From contig JAWODM010000021.1 in the NCBI GenBank assembly GCA_046483305.1, positions 15,503 to 79,502 of the forward strand: a stretch of DNA of 64,000 bases, given 5' to 3'. The notes beneath the pieces are model-generated. The model was given only the letters and a program-made list of their open reading frames with translations. It was not told where the DNA came from and did not search any database. The stretch's first letter is position 1; each line of letters starts with the position of its first letter. This DNA comes from Candidatus Krumholzibacteriales bacterium (GTDB lineage: Bacteria; Krumholzibacteriota; Krumholzibacteriia; Krumholzibacteriales; WJIX01). The position numbers and the translations under genes were made by a program. Below, piece after piece: positions 39,001 to 48,930 of the stretch.

Positions 39001-39191
39001 TCTCTGTACCCGTCGCTGAAATGTATATCGAAATGCGGGGTGTGGAGAATATTCCATTCAAACTGGTCATACTGGACCTTGTTCTTGCCGAATATCCAGG
39101 CCTGCGATCTGACAGGCGCCGTCCAAACCGGCAGAAGAAGGATTACCAGGATAAAAACTGCTGATACCGCTTTCCGCTTCATTTGATCCAA
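36015..39191 (-). CDS. Omp85-family protein with N-terminal zincin-like domain and TolB/PD40-like propeller
   Basis: FGKNKVQY, HELIHIF..PLWLAEG (HExxH), PD40-like repeats (PSYSPDG), C-terminal barrel with LGGPVTMRGY and terminal F. Confidence 0.8.
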   Translation of the reverse strand: MDQMKRKAVSAVFILVILLLPVWTAPVRSQAWIFGKNKVQYDQFEWNILHTPHFDIHFSDGYRDLAARTGVILEDGYRDVSSSFMHNIRWRIPVIVYGSHSAFQQTNTTWSFIPEGVQAFAEPNRRRVVLHFSGDNTDYRNTAVHELIHIFEFDIIYGNLLRSVFSRSLLFRIPLWLAEGCSEYYSKGFDDEADMFMRDATIFNYIPGNLDYAGGYMVYKAGQSVIDYIVKTYGQRKVVDIMRRLKETRSIDTALRETIGFSTSELTEEWSKYLRRRYWPMYADKDAPEKVGRRLTDHMEEHHYSNSKPEFAFGGESMVFYSRRGGLDGIYLMNVVNGEVEKQLIEGNISDKFEILRSMKSNLAVNPAGDRLAFVAKSSGVNKMFIVDIPRGEIIEEIDFPLDFFFSPSYSPDGGSIAFSGVRNGQTDIYILKIDSRDMVQVTDDVEDEKDVSWFPSGKKLVYSRSSRIVNNPETGEGGRIDSEYFSRDIGKDGSFGDIWSVDIASGEKELIISTDGDDLSPLIIMGGREIIFCSNESGIFNLYRGSVEFGSYYRFTDVIGGLFSPAYSPEKDRLLFTAFNSAGYDIFIMDKFSEDSDVSYPSGKFASGTDDQAPPAPNDRDKLIEADEKIPAGSEPDSLAGADPLSQDYASAGKRDKLAQSGGEEKFPEVVIDEDSQENVDPDTVTARRERMKEKIGTVEDYKTKFSPDYVSNGMGVFYSTGYGFGFMNSIAFSDLLGDHRMHLSFNIHRSIEDSDILLSYYYLKRRIDYSFGIFHLKNYINSRVTSLGESFLDYRLFTERNYGIFSKISYPFSTFTRVELETQGYVLEREFFDTVGSYWYAPTGEKVTRRLIQPTISLVHDSAYYGNFGPVIGSRWMLSFSRSISLSSDDISRAIAFYDYRRYIPVFYRNYLAFRAVGSVSTGEDSRYFFLGGPVTMRGYDYLQFQGTRMMLFNLEYRYPLLDALIFGWPGRWGIYNIGGTLFFDTGSVWGDEIYVERLPASIDPVEINDLKFYSDFGVGFYMRMGFLIFNFQLAWPTDFEDTAKPEFHFYLGPQF

Positions 39192-39233
39192 TCCTTTACT
39201 TAGTATCTACAATAGAATATTAATAATAATTTA

Positions 39234-42200
39234 TCAGAATTCCCACCTGATTTTGACATCCACGTTAATTTCGTCCCCGCTGCGCATACTTTCTCCGGGT
39301 AGCAGTTCCTGCGAATATTTAATCAGTTCGGTCCTGATGAGGAACAGGTCGCTTATTCTGTATTCCACCTCTACCTCTGCCTCAGTGGCAACAGACAGCC
39401 CCTGTTTCCACTGAACGTAAAGGCCCTCCGAAAGGTATTTCCCGATGGCGAGCATGGTGGCCTTTTCCCCGCCGAATGCTCCGGACTGCCTGGCGTTGCC
39501 GTGCTCCAGTGAAACGGTGAATCCTTCCATCTGAGAATTAAGAACCCTTTCCAGGTAGTTAGCGGCGAGATTCTGAGCGGTTCCCATTGCATCCCACTCG
39601 CTTTCACTTCCATTCGGTGATCTGACGATTCCACCCCCCAGCATTTTCCAGATATCGGTCTCGCTGTATCCGCTCTCTTCGTGACGAAGGCTGAGCCTGG
39701 GCTGCGGATCGCTCTCGTCCCATACCAGGGTCAGGTATATTCTCTTTCCTTCCTGGTCGTAGGTCACCGCTTCTATATCGATAAGAGGCCTTTTGCCCCC
39801 CGCATGGGAGAAAATCAGACTCCCCGACTGTATATGAAACTTATTATTATATAAATTATACCAGCCTCTGTAGAGCAGCAGTTCTCCCCTGAGGTAGGTG
39901 CCCATCTCATTATGATGCAGGGTCACCTCCCCGGTAAACTCTATATTCGCGTCAGGTGTCTTGATCCTGGTATTTCCCTTCATATCCAGATCCAGTTCCG
40001 CCATCCAGCCAGGTTTGATCACTCCTTCACCGCCACCCCCGCTTTCCATATCTCCAGGGTTAAAATATATTTCGGCCTCATTAACTTCGAAGCTCCCACT
40101 CAGGAACGGCACGGCCCGTCCCTCTACGGTATCCGTCCCTATATCCAGCTTTCCGGTTACAATTGCCGCTACATCTCTGATACTGGTTACCATAACTTTT
40201 TCCGTATCCACTGTAAGGTCGTAAACGACCGGTCTCCATCCTCTAAGGGATACCGTACCGGAACCTGAAAACCTGCCCTCCTTACCCTCCTCCCCGTTCA
40301 AATAACGCACCCTTATAAGGGTATCCTCGAAACTGACCCTGGCGTTTACCTTTCTGAATCTTTCCTCCATACCGGCAAGGCGGAAACCCGCGCCGGTCAG
40401 CCGCAGGTCGCCCGAAAGATCCGGAGCAGCCACAGTTCCCCGGACTGTAAACTTAAGGGAGCCTTCACCCTCCGCTCTGGCTACCAGGTCGCTTATATCG
40501 GCAACCCTGCTGAGATCTATCTCGGTTATTTCCAGGTCAAAGTTCATCTCTCTTTCCCGGTCAAGAGAATAGAGCCAGCGGTTCTCCTTCAGCGGCAGGT
40601 TGCCGCTGAAATTGCCCTGCTTTCTTCTGCCTTCAACGTACATCTCACCTTCGAGGGTTATACCGCTGCGGGTAAGATCGGCATGCAGGTCAACCCGGGG
40701 GACTGTCACATGCTGAAACACTATATCGCCGGCCGTTCCATCCAGCCTGATGCGGGGGTGAAGCAGCCCCCCCCCTACCAGTGCTTTTCCGGTAAAAGTT
40801 CCTTCCGCAAAAGGGATCCCGGGGAAATATTCAATAAATGGCTCTACCGACAGGTTCGCGCAGTAGATCTCAAGTGAGGAAGAGGTCTCTACCAGAGACT
40901 CCGTTCCCCAGTGATACAACTCATCCAGAGAGATGTTTTCAATATCTCCGCTGGCAAAGGCGAATCCCGCCGGCGATGAAAGACTGAGTGTATCCAGCCT
41001 GCAGTGATTGCTGGAATAAGCCGCTTTCAGGCCGAACCTTTCCACCGGAATATTATCAATGGACCCGTTCAGAAGGTTTAAGGAGACAGTCAGATCGGGA
41101 TCGCTGAGAGAGCCGGAGCTCCTGATAACGCCAGCCGCGCTGCCTTCCACGGGTATGAGAAGAAACTGGTTATGGTTCAGAGCCGACATATCGATCCTCT
41201 GGAATCTAAGTGATCCGTCGAAATTATTCCGGAACCTATTAAGCTCTCCCTCGAAATACACCGCCCCGATTCTGGAATGCAGCTGCAGGTCGTTAAATAT
41301 AACAGCAGAGTCCGTGATGGCGATGGTGAATCCTCCACCGCTCAGCCAGTCTTCATCCAGCATTCTCATGGAAGCTCTATCCAGAACCAGCTCGCTCTCT
41401 TCTTCACCCACCCTGTACTTTCCCCGCATCTCGGCTTCCACATCGGACTTGGCCAGGTTCAGCTTCTTAATATTAACTTCACCTTCGGCATATTCCAGCG
41501 ACAGATCTATATCTTTGAACCTGTGTCTGTCTATGAAAGCGGTATCGGCCCGGATATCGACAAAGACACTGTAATCTTCTCTTTTTACAACCGCGAACTG
41601 CACAGAGCCCTCCGGGATGAAAGCCCTGTTATAATTAAAATTACGGCACTCTCCGCTCAGCCGGAGGTCCCATTCATCCATGGTGCCTTCCCATAAGCCC
41701 TGAACATCAAGATCAGCCCGGTAATCTTCGATATCGAAATAGGCAAACAGGGTATCAGAAGCATCGCACTCTATTTCCAATAGAAGCCTGAGGGTATCCT
41801 GATTTACTATGGAACCGTTAATAGAGACTTCGTGAGTGCTGGATCTTGCCAGCATCTCTTTGATCATCAGGCTGTCGTTCCTGTAATCGGCGGATATTAC
41901 CGCATTCCGGAAAGGAATCTCCATGAAATGCCCTGGACCAAGATAGAAATCCAGGTACAGCTCGCTGCTGCCGAAGAGATACCTTACCTCCGTCCTGCCG
42001 TTAAAATCTGTTTCAGGAAGGTCCGCCCCCGGATAAAACTGATTGGAGAGGTCCATCCCCCTGTTCTGGAATGAAAGTTTCAGGGTCTGCCTGCCCGTAA
42101 CATAAACACCCTCTCCGTCAACCGACGCGCCGTTCAGTTTTCCCCTGAAAGCCTTTATATCCACATTCCGGGCTATCAGAAGATCTGCCTCAAAGTCTCT

Positions 42201-43121
42201 GAAGGTATAATCCTTCAGCTTGCCGTCGAAGCTGGCTGAGACTGAGAGGTTTCCCGGCCTTCCTTCAATCTGGAAAGTGCCGTTAACTCTTCCCATCTCA
42301 CCGGTCTCAATATCCAGAGCGGTCCCAATCTCATCAATGTTGACAGGAGAGGCTTTGACCTTCAGATTCATCCTGAGAGAATCTACCGAAAGATCGCCCG
42401 AAAGGACCACCCTCGAACTCTCCGTTCCAAGCCGGAAACTGTCAAATATCAGTGAATTCTCACCGGTTGTGGAGCCGCCGTACGCGATGCCGCCGCTCAT
42501 ACTGCCGACCTCGATATCCCGGGTAATGAAAGTGCAGGAGCCGGAGGTAATATCCGCTTCGATCCTTTCCCCGCCGGTTCGAAGCATCCCTTCAAGATCT
42601 ATCGACTTTACCGCTTCGGCCTTATCGGCACCCTGATAAATTATCTGGCCCCCGGAGATCGAAAAGCTTTCAACCTTTATCTCAAACAGGCCTCTCAGCG
42701 CCCCGCCGCCACCAGGCGCTCTCCCTGCCCCCGCAGAATCAGCTTTTATCCATACATGGGGATTCCTGAATTCCGCGCTGTTGATTGTAAAAGCGCCCCT
42801 TATCAGGCTCAACAGGCTGTACTCTATTCGTATTTCATCAACTCTGACCATATCGTACGATTCAGCGCTGCCCTCATATCTCACCGACAGATCCGAAACG
42901 TGAAGGTTATTCAGGGGGTTTCCGCTCACTTCCCCCAACACCAGCCGGCAGCAGTTATCATGGAACATGTACTCCGAAATCAGATTCGCCGCCTGATTCT
43001 TGAACAGAGCCGAGTGCATGAACAGGGTTACCGAAATTATCAGGAGCGCGATGAATCCGATCGGGATCGATATCCAGATAAACGCCTTATGCCGCAATAT
43101 CCTCTTAACCAAAAACACCAC
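39234..43121 (-). CDS. tamB: Translocation and assembly module TamB-like protein
   Basis: 1295 aa, N-terminal TM anchor, beta-taco repeats, C-terminal DUF490-like AIGKYLSEGLYV..EVEYRI. Confidence 0.8.
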   Translation of the reverse strand: MVFLVKRILRHKAFIWISIPIGFIALLIISVTLFMHSALFKNQAANLISEYMFHDNCCRLVLGEVSGNPLNNLHVSDLSVRYEGSAESYDMVRVDEIRIEYSLLSLIRGAFTINSAEFRNPHVWIKADSAGAGRAPGGGGALRGLFEIKVESFSISGGQIIYQGADKAEAVKSIDLEGMLRTGGERIEADITSGSCTFITRDIEVGSMSGGIAYGGSTTGENSLIFDSFRLGTESSRVVLSGDLSVDSLRMNLKVKASPVNIDEIGTALDIETGEMGRVNGTFQIEGRPGNLSVSASFDGKLKDYTFRDFEADLLIARNVDIKAFRGKLNGASVDGEGVYVTGRQTLKLSFQNRGMDLSNQFYPGADLPETDFNGRTEVRYLFGSSELYLDFYLGPGHFMEIPFRNAVISADYRNDSLMIKEMLARSSTHEVSINGSIVNQDTLRLLLEIECDASDTLFAYFDIEDYRADLDVQGLWEGTMDEWDLRLSGECRNFNYNRAFIPEGSVQFAVVKREDYSVFVDIRADTAFIDRHRFKDIDLSLEYAEGEVNIKKLNLAKSDVEAEMRGKYRVGEEESELVLDRASMRMLDEDWLSGGGFTIAITDSAVIFNDLQLHSRIGAVYFEGELNRFRNNFDGSLRFQRIDMSALNHNQFLLIPVEGSAAGVIRSSGSLSDPDLTVSLNLLNGSIDNIPVERFGLKAAYSSNHCRLDTLSLSSPAGFAFASGDIENISLDELYHWGTESLVETSSSLEIYCANLSVEPFIEYFPGIPFAEGTFTGKALVGGGLLHPRIRLDGTAGDIVFQHVTVPRVDLHADLTRSGITLEGEMYVEGRRKQGNFSGNLPLKENRWLYSLDREREMNFDLEITEIDLSRVADISDLVARAEGEGSLKFTVRGTVAAPDLSGDLRLTGAGFRLAGMEERFRKVNARVSFEDTLIRVRYLNGEEGKEGRFSGSGTVSLRGWRPVVYDLTVDTEKVMVTSIRDVAAIVTGKLDIGTDTVEGRAVPFLSGSFEVNEAEIYFNPGDMESGGGGEGVIKPGWMAELDLDMKGNTRIKTPDANIEFTGEVTLHHNEMGTYLRGELLLYRGWYNLYNNKFHIQSGSLIFSHAGGKRPLIDIEAVTYDQEGKRIYLTLVWDESDPQPRLSLRHEESGYSETDIWKMLGGGIVRSPNGSESEWDAMGTAQNLAANYLERVLNSQMEGFTVSLEHGNARQSGAFGGEKATMLAIGKYLSEGLYVQWKQGLSVATEAEVEVEYRISDLFLIRTELIKYSQELLPGESMRSGDEINVDVKIRWEF

Positions 43122-43129
43122 TCCTGATA

Positions 43130-45058
43130 TTAAAAAATCTGGCCCAGACTGATATGTATCCAGTAATCCTCATCCCGGTCAGCTCTCTTGTTTATCGGAA
43201 ATCCGGCATCGACCCTTACAGGCCCCACCGGCGTGTAATACCTCAGGCCAAAACCGGTACTGTACTTATAATCCAGCACCGAGACGTCGCTTTCGTCCGT
43301 GAACATGGAATATCTGCCGTCGAATATATCATCTGTATCCCTCCATACATTTCCGCCGTCGAGGAATACTACCCCCCCGATGTTGAACCTTGAAAGAAGG
43401 GGTATGGGATATCTCAGCTCCAGATTTGTCAGCAGAACTATTTTGCCTCCCAGCGGATCCCCGTCCGAGTTCAGAGGCCCCAGAGAGTTCTGTCCGAAGC
43501 CCCTTACGGAGTTTCCTCCCCCCAGGAAGAATCTTCTCTCTACCGGCAGCTGCCGGCTGTCCGAGAACGGTTCGGCGTAACCAGCCCTTACCCGGTAAGC
43601 AAAGATCAGATCGGGATGAATGCTGCTGTAGCTCCGGTACGAGGATACCAGCAAATAATAGTTGTCATCTCCGCCCAGAAGACCTCCTGAATAATCCGTC
43701 TCCATCCTGATATAGTTACCCCTGCGGGGATTAAAATAATTATTCCTGGTATCCCTCCTGAAAATCACCTTTACTGAACGCCTTCTCGATCTGGGAGGAG
43801 CATCCTCCACATTTACCCTGTCTATACTCTCAAGCAGATAATTAAGGAATAGTGAAGTATTTCTGCCAAAGTTCCTCGAAAGCGAAGTGAAATAACTTAC
43901 CGCTTCTACTTCCGCCGGTTCGATGGTGGCGTTGTATTCATAATATGACCCTACAGCAAGAGTATTCCAGGTAGAGAGTATATGCGGGAAGCGTATTTCA
44001 CCCTCATGCCTCAGATATTTACTCTCAAAAACCAGTTTGTTGAAGTCATACTCATTATCGGAAAATATTGAGAATGAATATGACGACCTCACGTTCAGCT
44101 TGTAGCCTCTTTCCAGCAGATTGCGCTGGCCCAATTCGGCAAAAACATGGCTGGCATGTACGTTACCCACGCCCATTCCTGTTTCCACATAGCCGGTCCT
44201 TCTCTCTCTGACCCTTATCTGAAGGTCAACCGTCCCCTCTTCCAGATTCAGGTTTTTCGGTTCTATATCCACCGAAGAGAATAAGCCGGTATCATAGAGA
44301 TTCTGCTTGCTCTGCCTGATCTTCCTGAGATCGAAATACTCACCCCTATCTGTCTTGAGTTCTCTGAAGACCAGATCTGACCTGGTTTCCTTATTGCCGG
44401 TCAGTTCGATATCCACAACCCTGGCCTTCTTGCCCCGCCTGATATTCCATGTAATACCAACCTTGAGGGAGTCTATCTTCACGTCATAGGAGACTCTGGT
44501 TCCCAGATAACCCTCCTCGAAATAGAGGTTGAATATGGCATACTGGTCGTTTTCGATCAGATTGGGATTGTAAGGTTCTCCCTCAGTCAGTTTAAGCTCT
44601 TTCCGCACCTTCGCCTCAGTGAAAAGCCGGTTCCCCTTTATCGCCAGGGTGTCCACTCTGCTTCTTCCGCCTTCCTTTATCACGATCTTGATCGATACCT
44701 TGTGGTTATCTTCGTCCCTCCGGACCGAAGAATCAACTATCTCTGTATTAAAGAATCCGTTTTTCCTGTAAAATGATTTGATCGTTTCAAGGTCCCGCCT
44801 GAGAAAATCTCTTCGAAACCTGGGTTTATTGAAAATGGAATAGAACCGCGCCTCCCTGGTCCTCATCTTGTCCTTAAGGACCCCGTCATTGAAGGTGCGG
44901 TTACCCAGGATAATTATCTCATCCACTACCGGAAGTTCGTCCTCAAAATCTGCGGAGTGGCAGGGAAAAGAAATCATTAACGCCGCAAGAGCCAAACCGG
45001 CAATCAATGTTGCCGGCGTGCGTTTTTTCCCCGGGCAGCTGTTTATTGAATTTGACAT
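43130..45058 (-). CDS. Omp85 family protein (TamA/BamA-like, ~3 POTRA)
   Basis: POTRA repeats (IIILGN, IKGN, ELTGN..LYDTGLFSSV), RFFLGGGNSVRGF, GLRYYTPVGPVRVD, terminal LGQIF. Confidence 0.85.
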   Translation of the reverse strand: MSNSINSCPGKKRTPATLIAGLALAALMISFPCHSADFEDELPVVDEIIILGNRTFNDGVLKDKMRTREARFYSIFNKPRFRRDFLRRDLETIKSFYRKNGFFNTEIVDSSVRRDEDNHKVSIKIVIKEGGRSRVDTLAIKGNRLFTEAKVRKELKLTEGEPYNPNLIENDQYAIFNLYFEEGYLGTRVSYDVKIDSLKVGITWNIRRGKKARVVDIELTGNKETRSDLVFRELKTDRGEYFDLRKIRQSKQNLYDTGLFSSVDIEPKNLNLEEGTVDLQIRVRERRTGYVETGMGVGNVHASHVFAELGQRNLLERGYKLNVRSSYSFSIFSDNEYDFNKLVFESKYLRHEGEIRFPHILSTWNTLAVGSYYEYNATIEPAEVEAVSYFTSLSRNFGRNTSLFLNYLLESIDRVNVEDAPPRSRRRSVKVIFRRDTRNNYFNPRRGNYIRMETDYSGGLLGGDDNYYLLVSSYRSYSSIHPDLIFAYRVRAGYAEPFSDSRQLPVERRFFLGGGNSVRGFGQNSLGPLNSDGDPLGGKIVLLTNLELRYPIPLLSRFNIGGVVFLDGGNVWRDTDDIFDGRYSMFTDESDVSVLDYKYSTGFGLRYYTPVGPVRVDAGFPINKRADRDEDYWIHISLGQIF

Positions 45059-45130
45059 TTGCCTTCCCTGTATGTAATCTCCTGAATGATGAGGATTAAC
45101 GAAATAACTAATTTAAAGACAGGCAATTCA

Positions 45131-45496
45131 TTGAGAATTAAATACACCGGCAAACCCGGAGTCCGTAATTTTATCGGAACAGGCTTCCTGGTCTTCTTTA
45201 TCCTTGCCTCTCTGGCATTCTTCGCCGGCTGTTCCGAGAATGATACTGACAGGGCCAGAGACCGCACCCTGACAGCGGACGAACGTTACCTTGTCCAATT
45301 ATATGTAAAAATACATAAATTAGAAACAAATCTCCAAAATAATCCCGAAGAACTGTCAAAAAAACTGGCTGAGCTGAGGGGCAGGGCCGATTCGACCAGG
45401 ATCAACAGAACGTTGAGAGATCTGGAAAAAGAACCTGTGAAATGGATCGCGGTCTACAACCGCATTAACACTCTTCTGGAAAGATCCCCGGACTAG
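45131..45496 (+). CDS. Hypothetical lipoprotein
   Basis: Lipobox FFAGC after a hydrophobic stretch; helical mature region; start uncertain (45086 or TTG 45131). Confidence 0.55.
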   Translation: MRIKYTGKPGVRNFIGTGFLVFFILASLAFFAGCSENDTDRARDRTLTADERYLVQLYVKIHKLETNLQNNPEELSKKLAELRGRADSTRINRTLRDLEKEPVKWIAVYNRINTLLERSPD

Positions 45497-45497
45497 A

Positions 45498-46856
45498 TTA
45501 ACCGAAGACATTAAATATATCCAGAGCCATTACCAGAACCATTAGAATAATCAGCAGGATGAATCCTGCCTGCATCATGGCATTCTTAATCCTGGCATTA
45601 ACCTGCCTGCCGCTGATCCCCTCAGCCAGGTAAAGCACAAAGTGCCCCCCGTCGAATGGAAGAAGGGGAAACAGATTAATAATGCCCAGGTTAATAGAGA
45701 AAAAGGCGATGAAGCTTATCAGGTAGTTAAAGCCCCACCTGACCATATCTCCGGCCATTTTACCTATCCGCAGGGGGCCTCCCACCGCCTTTACACTGGC
45801 CTTTCCGGTGACAAGTTTCTTCAGGAAATCGAGTATCCTGACCGTCATTCTCCAGAACGCCGTGGAACCGTAACTTGCCGCCTGTATAAATGATACATCT
45901 TCCTTGAGATAATATTCCTTTATCCCGATGCTTCCGGCCTCCACCACGTCAAGCTTCTCACCGCCGGATGGCAGATCGATCGATTCGGTTTCGAGTTCCG
46001 CGGTATGCCTGACACCATCCTGTTCCCAGGTAATACTGATTGTCTCATCCAGGCTTTTATGAATCCTTTCGGCTACTTCGTTGAAGGTATAAACTGCGGT
46101 ATCATTTATGGAAACTATGTAAGCCCCGTTCCTTATCCCAGCTTCCCAGGCCGGCGATTCCTGCTTGACATCGCCTACCCTTGGCGGGACCCCCAGCGCC
46201 AGGCCCACCGTATGTCTCCCCAGCTCCTCATTATAAGTCGGAGCTGCCGATAAAGTGATTATTTCCGATCCCCTCTTGACCCTGAAGTTCATTTTCTGAT
46301 CTTCATCCCCGGAAACAAAGGAACTCAGACCCCGTTCAAAGGTCAGGGGCTCACCGTTTACCCCCAGTATTCTGTCTCCCCGCTGAAATCCCGCTTCCAT
46401 GGCCGGTGAATTCTCCACTACCTGATCGACAACCCCGTACGGTTCGGTCTTGTATACCCCCTGAAACCAGATGCTGCCGATGTAAAGTACCAGGGCAAGC
46501 AGCAGATTCATTGCCGGCCCGGCCAGTATAATGCTTATCTTGCGCCAGGGCGATTTGGCCCTGAAGGTCCGGTGCTCGGGTATATCTTCTTCCCTGTTAT
46601 CACCGCCGGAATCTTCTTCATCCTCCTCTTCCTCCTCTTCAGTCTCCCCTGCAAACTTGTTATAGCCTCCGAACGGGATTATGGAGATTGCGTATTCGGT
46701 TTCGCCATATCTGAGTTTCAGTATCTTTGGCCCGAAACCTATGGAGAAAGTCAGGACATAAACGCCGTTAAGCTTTGCCAGAATGAAATGCCCGAACTCG
46801 TGGACAAACACCACCACACTCAGTACAAAAACAAAAGAGATTATGGTTAAAAACAT
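45498..46856 (-). CDS. rseP: RIP metalloprotease RseP
   Basis: HEFGH, FSIGFGP, AGPAMN, two PDZ domains, NLFPLLPFDGGH. Confidence 0.95.
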   Translation of the reverse strand: MFLTIISFVFVLSVVVFVHEFGHFILAKLNGVYVLTFSIGFGPKILKLRYGETEYAISIIPFGGYNKFAGETEEEEEEDEEDSGGDNREEDIPEHRTFRAKSPWRKISIILAGPAMNLLLALVLYIGSIWFQGVYKTEPYGVVDQVVENSPAMEAGFQRGDRILGVNGEPLTFERGLSSFVSGDEDQKMNFRVKRGSEIITLSAAPTYNEELGRHTVGLALGVPPRVGDVKQESPAWEAGIRNGAYIVSINDTAVYTFNEVAERIHKSLDETISITWEQDGVRHTAELETESIDLPSGGEKLDVVEAGSIGIKEYYLKEDVSFIQAASYGSTAFWRMTVRILDFLKKLVTGKASVKAVGGPLRIGKMAGDMVRWGFNYLISFIAFFSINLGIINLFPLLPFDGGHFVLYLAEGISGRQVNARIKNAMMQAGFILLIILMVLVMALDIFNVFG

Positions 46857-46866
46857 GAATCCTCCG

Positions 46867-48045
46867 TCATATCTTTACAGCTTCGTCATGGCGGCTCGCC
46901 AGGAAATCCCTGGTCCACCGGTCGGCTCCGATAATATCTGAAATGCCGCTGACTTCCGCCGTGCTATGATTGGAAAGAGCCTCCTCGATCCAGTCTATAA
47001 TGGTAAGAAATCCTATTTTGCCCGCCAGGAATGTTTTGACAGCCACTTCATCGGCAGCGTTGAGTACCGCCAGCGACGTGCCCCCCCTCCGGGCGGCATC
47101 CATGGCCAGCTCGAAAGCGGGGAAATTGCCGCTGTCGAACCTGACGAACTCCAGAGCCCCGATCTCCTCCAGCTGCAGCGCCCCCCAGGGAAAATCCACT
47201 TTCTCCGGGTAATAAAGAGCGTTGATGATAGGCAGTTTCATATCGGCGGGGCCGATGTGCGCAAGCAGCGAACTGTCCCTTAATCTCACCAGGGAATGAA
47301 CCAGGGACTGGGGATGTATTATTACACTGATGTTCCGGTAAGGAAAACCGAACAGGAAATGCGCCTCGACAACCTCGAAACCCTTGTTCAGCATCATCGC
47401 CGAATCGACAGTAACTCTTTCACCCATATCCCAGGTAGGGTGATCCAGCACCTGCTCAATGGTTACGTCCTTCAGCCCGGAGAAATCCCTGTTGTAGAAA
47501 GGGCCTCCCGAGGCGGATAATATTATTTCAGAAATGTCCTCTCTGCCCCCTTCCAGGCACATGGAAAGGGAAAAATGCTCGCTGTCAACCGGTATTATTC
47601 TCTCCAGGCTGTCTCGGTCCCGGACGAGCAGCTCGCCCCCGGTTACCAGCGATTCCTTATTTGCCAGAGCCACCATGCAACCCAGCCTGAGAGCTTCCAT
47701 GGTGGGGCTCAGGCCGGCAATACCTACCAGCCCGTTTACCACCAGATCCGGGGAAGTCTCACGCAGAAGATTAATTATCCCTTCTTCCCCCGTTCCCGCA
47801 GAGCGCCCGCTGAATACGCTCCTTCTGGCCTTGAGAAGGCTGAAGGAATCATCGCTGCCCAGTGCGAACATCGCCTCAGGGAATAAATCCAGCTGCTTCT
47901 CCAGTTCTTCAATACTGGTATCCGCTACCAGGCCCACCACTTTCAGAGAGCTGTCCTTCTGCAATTTGATTATATCCACGGTCGATCTTCCGATCGATCC
48001 GGTCGAGCCCAGAATAACTATCCTCTTCAATTCAGGTCCTCTCAT
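46867..48045 (-). CDS. dxr: 1-deoxy-D-xylulose-5-phosphate reductoisomerase
   Basis: ILGSTGSIG, LANKESLV, PVDSEH, ASGGPF, HPTWDMG, NKGFEVVEA, HPQSLVHS. Confidence 0.96.
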   Translation of the reverse strand: MRGPELKRIVILGSTGSIGRSTVDIIKLQKDSSLKVVGLVADTSIEELEKQLDLFPEAMFALGSDDSFSLLKARRSVFSGRSAGTGEEGIINLLRETSPDLVVNGLVGIAGLSPTMEALRLGCMVALANKESLVTGGELLVRDRDSLERIIPVDSEHFSLSMCLEGGREDISEIILSASGGPFYNRDFSGLKDVTIEQVLDHPTWDMGERVTVDSAMMLNKGFEVVEAHFLFGFPYRNISVIIHPQSLVHSLVRLRDSSLLAHIGPADMKLPIINALYYPEKVDFPWGALQLEEIGALEFVRFDSGNFPAFELAMDAARRGGTSLAVLNAADEVAVKTFLAGKIGFLTIIDWIEEALSNHSTAEVSGISDIIGADRWTRDFLASRHDEAVKI

Positions 48046-48872
48046 CCCGGCAGAATAAAGAAAATAAGTATATAATATACTGCCGGGGCGTTGAAAAGCA
48101 TCGAATCAAACCGATCCAGAATACCACCGTGGCCAGGAATGGTATTGGATGAATCCTTTTTCCTCATATCTCTCTTGATCATCGATTCCACCAGGTCCCC
48201 GGTCTGTCCGGTTACCGATATCAGAAGAGCCAGCGCTATTGATTCCGGTATACCCAGGAATGAAAATATATAAATCCTGGCTATCATCACTCCCGCAATT
48301 GCGAAGGCTATTCCGCCTATTATACCTTCCAGTGTCTTTCCCGGAGAAATCAGCGGAAACATCTTGTGCCTTCCCGCGATACTGCCTACCGTATATGCTC
48401 CGGTATCATAACACCAGGTCAGCAGCAGCAGCAGCATTACAAAATCAAACCCCGCAGAGTATTCCAGGTTCCCTGTTCGCAGGGGTATCTCCCTGATCAG
48501 CAGCATATGGCTGCCCAGCCAGCCGACATAGAAAACCCCGAACATGGTAACGGAAATATTATAAACAAAGAAATTCCTGCCCCTTCGGCAGAGCTCAGTG
48601 ACCATGATGCCGATCAGTATCATGGTAATCAGAAGATATATATAATCGTGCAGATGATAGTAGAAGAAAACAGGCAGCAGAATCGCGCCTGCCGTTCCGA
48701 TAATTTTATATGGATTGGTAATACTGACCTCGGTCATCCGGTAGAATTCCCAGATCCCCCCCACAATAACAGCGTCAACCAGGATCAGGTAATATACTCC
48801 CCCTTTTCTCGCGATAAGAACGATACAGGGAATAAAAATAACGGCAACTATTATTCTCTTAAGAGCCTTCAA
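48042..48872 (-). CDS. cdsA: Phosphatidate cytidylyltransferase
   Basis: DTGAY..G, ISPGKTLEG, GDLVESMIKR..KDS..IPGHGGILDRFDS. Confidence 0.95.
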   Translation of the reverse strand: MKALKRIIVAVIFIPCIVLIARKGGVYYLILVDAVIVGGIWEFYRMTEVSITNPYKIIGTAGAILLPVFFYYHLHDYIYLLITMILIGIMVTELCRRGRNFFVYNISVTMFGVFYVGWLGSHMLLIREIPLRTGNLEYSAGFDFVMLLLLLTWCYDTGAYTVGSIAGRHKMFPLISPGKTLEGIIGGIAFAIAGVMIARIYIFSFLGIPESIALALLISVTGQTGDLVESMIKRDMRKKDSSNTIPGHGGILDRFDSMLFNAPAVYYILIFFILPG

Positions 48873-48930
48873 TGGCCTCCCGTTCTCCTTCTTATTTTAA
48901 TCGGGGCGCTTCGCGCCGGGAAAATCTCAC

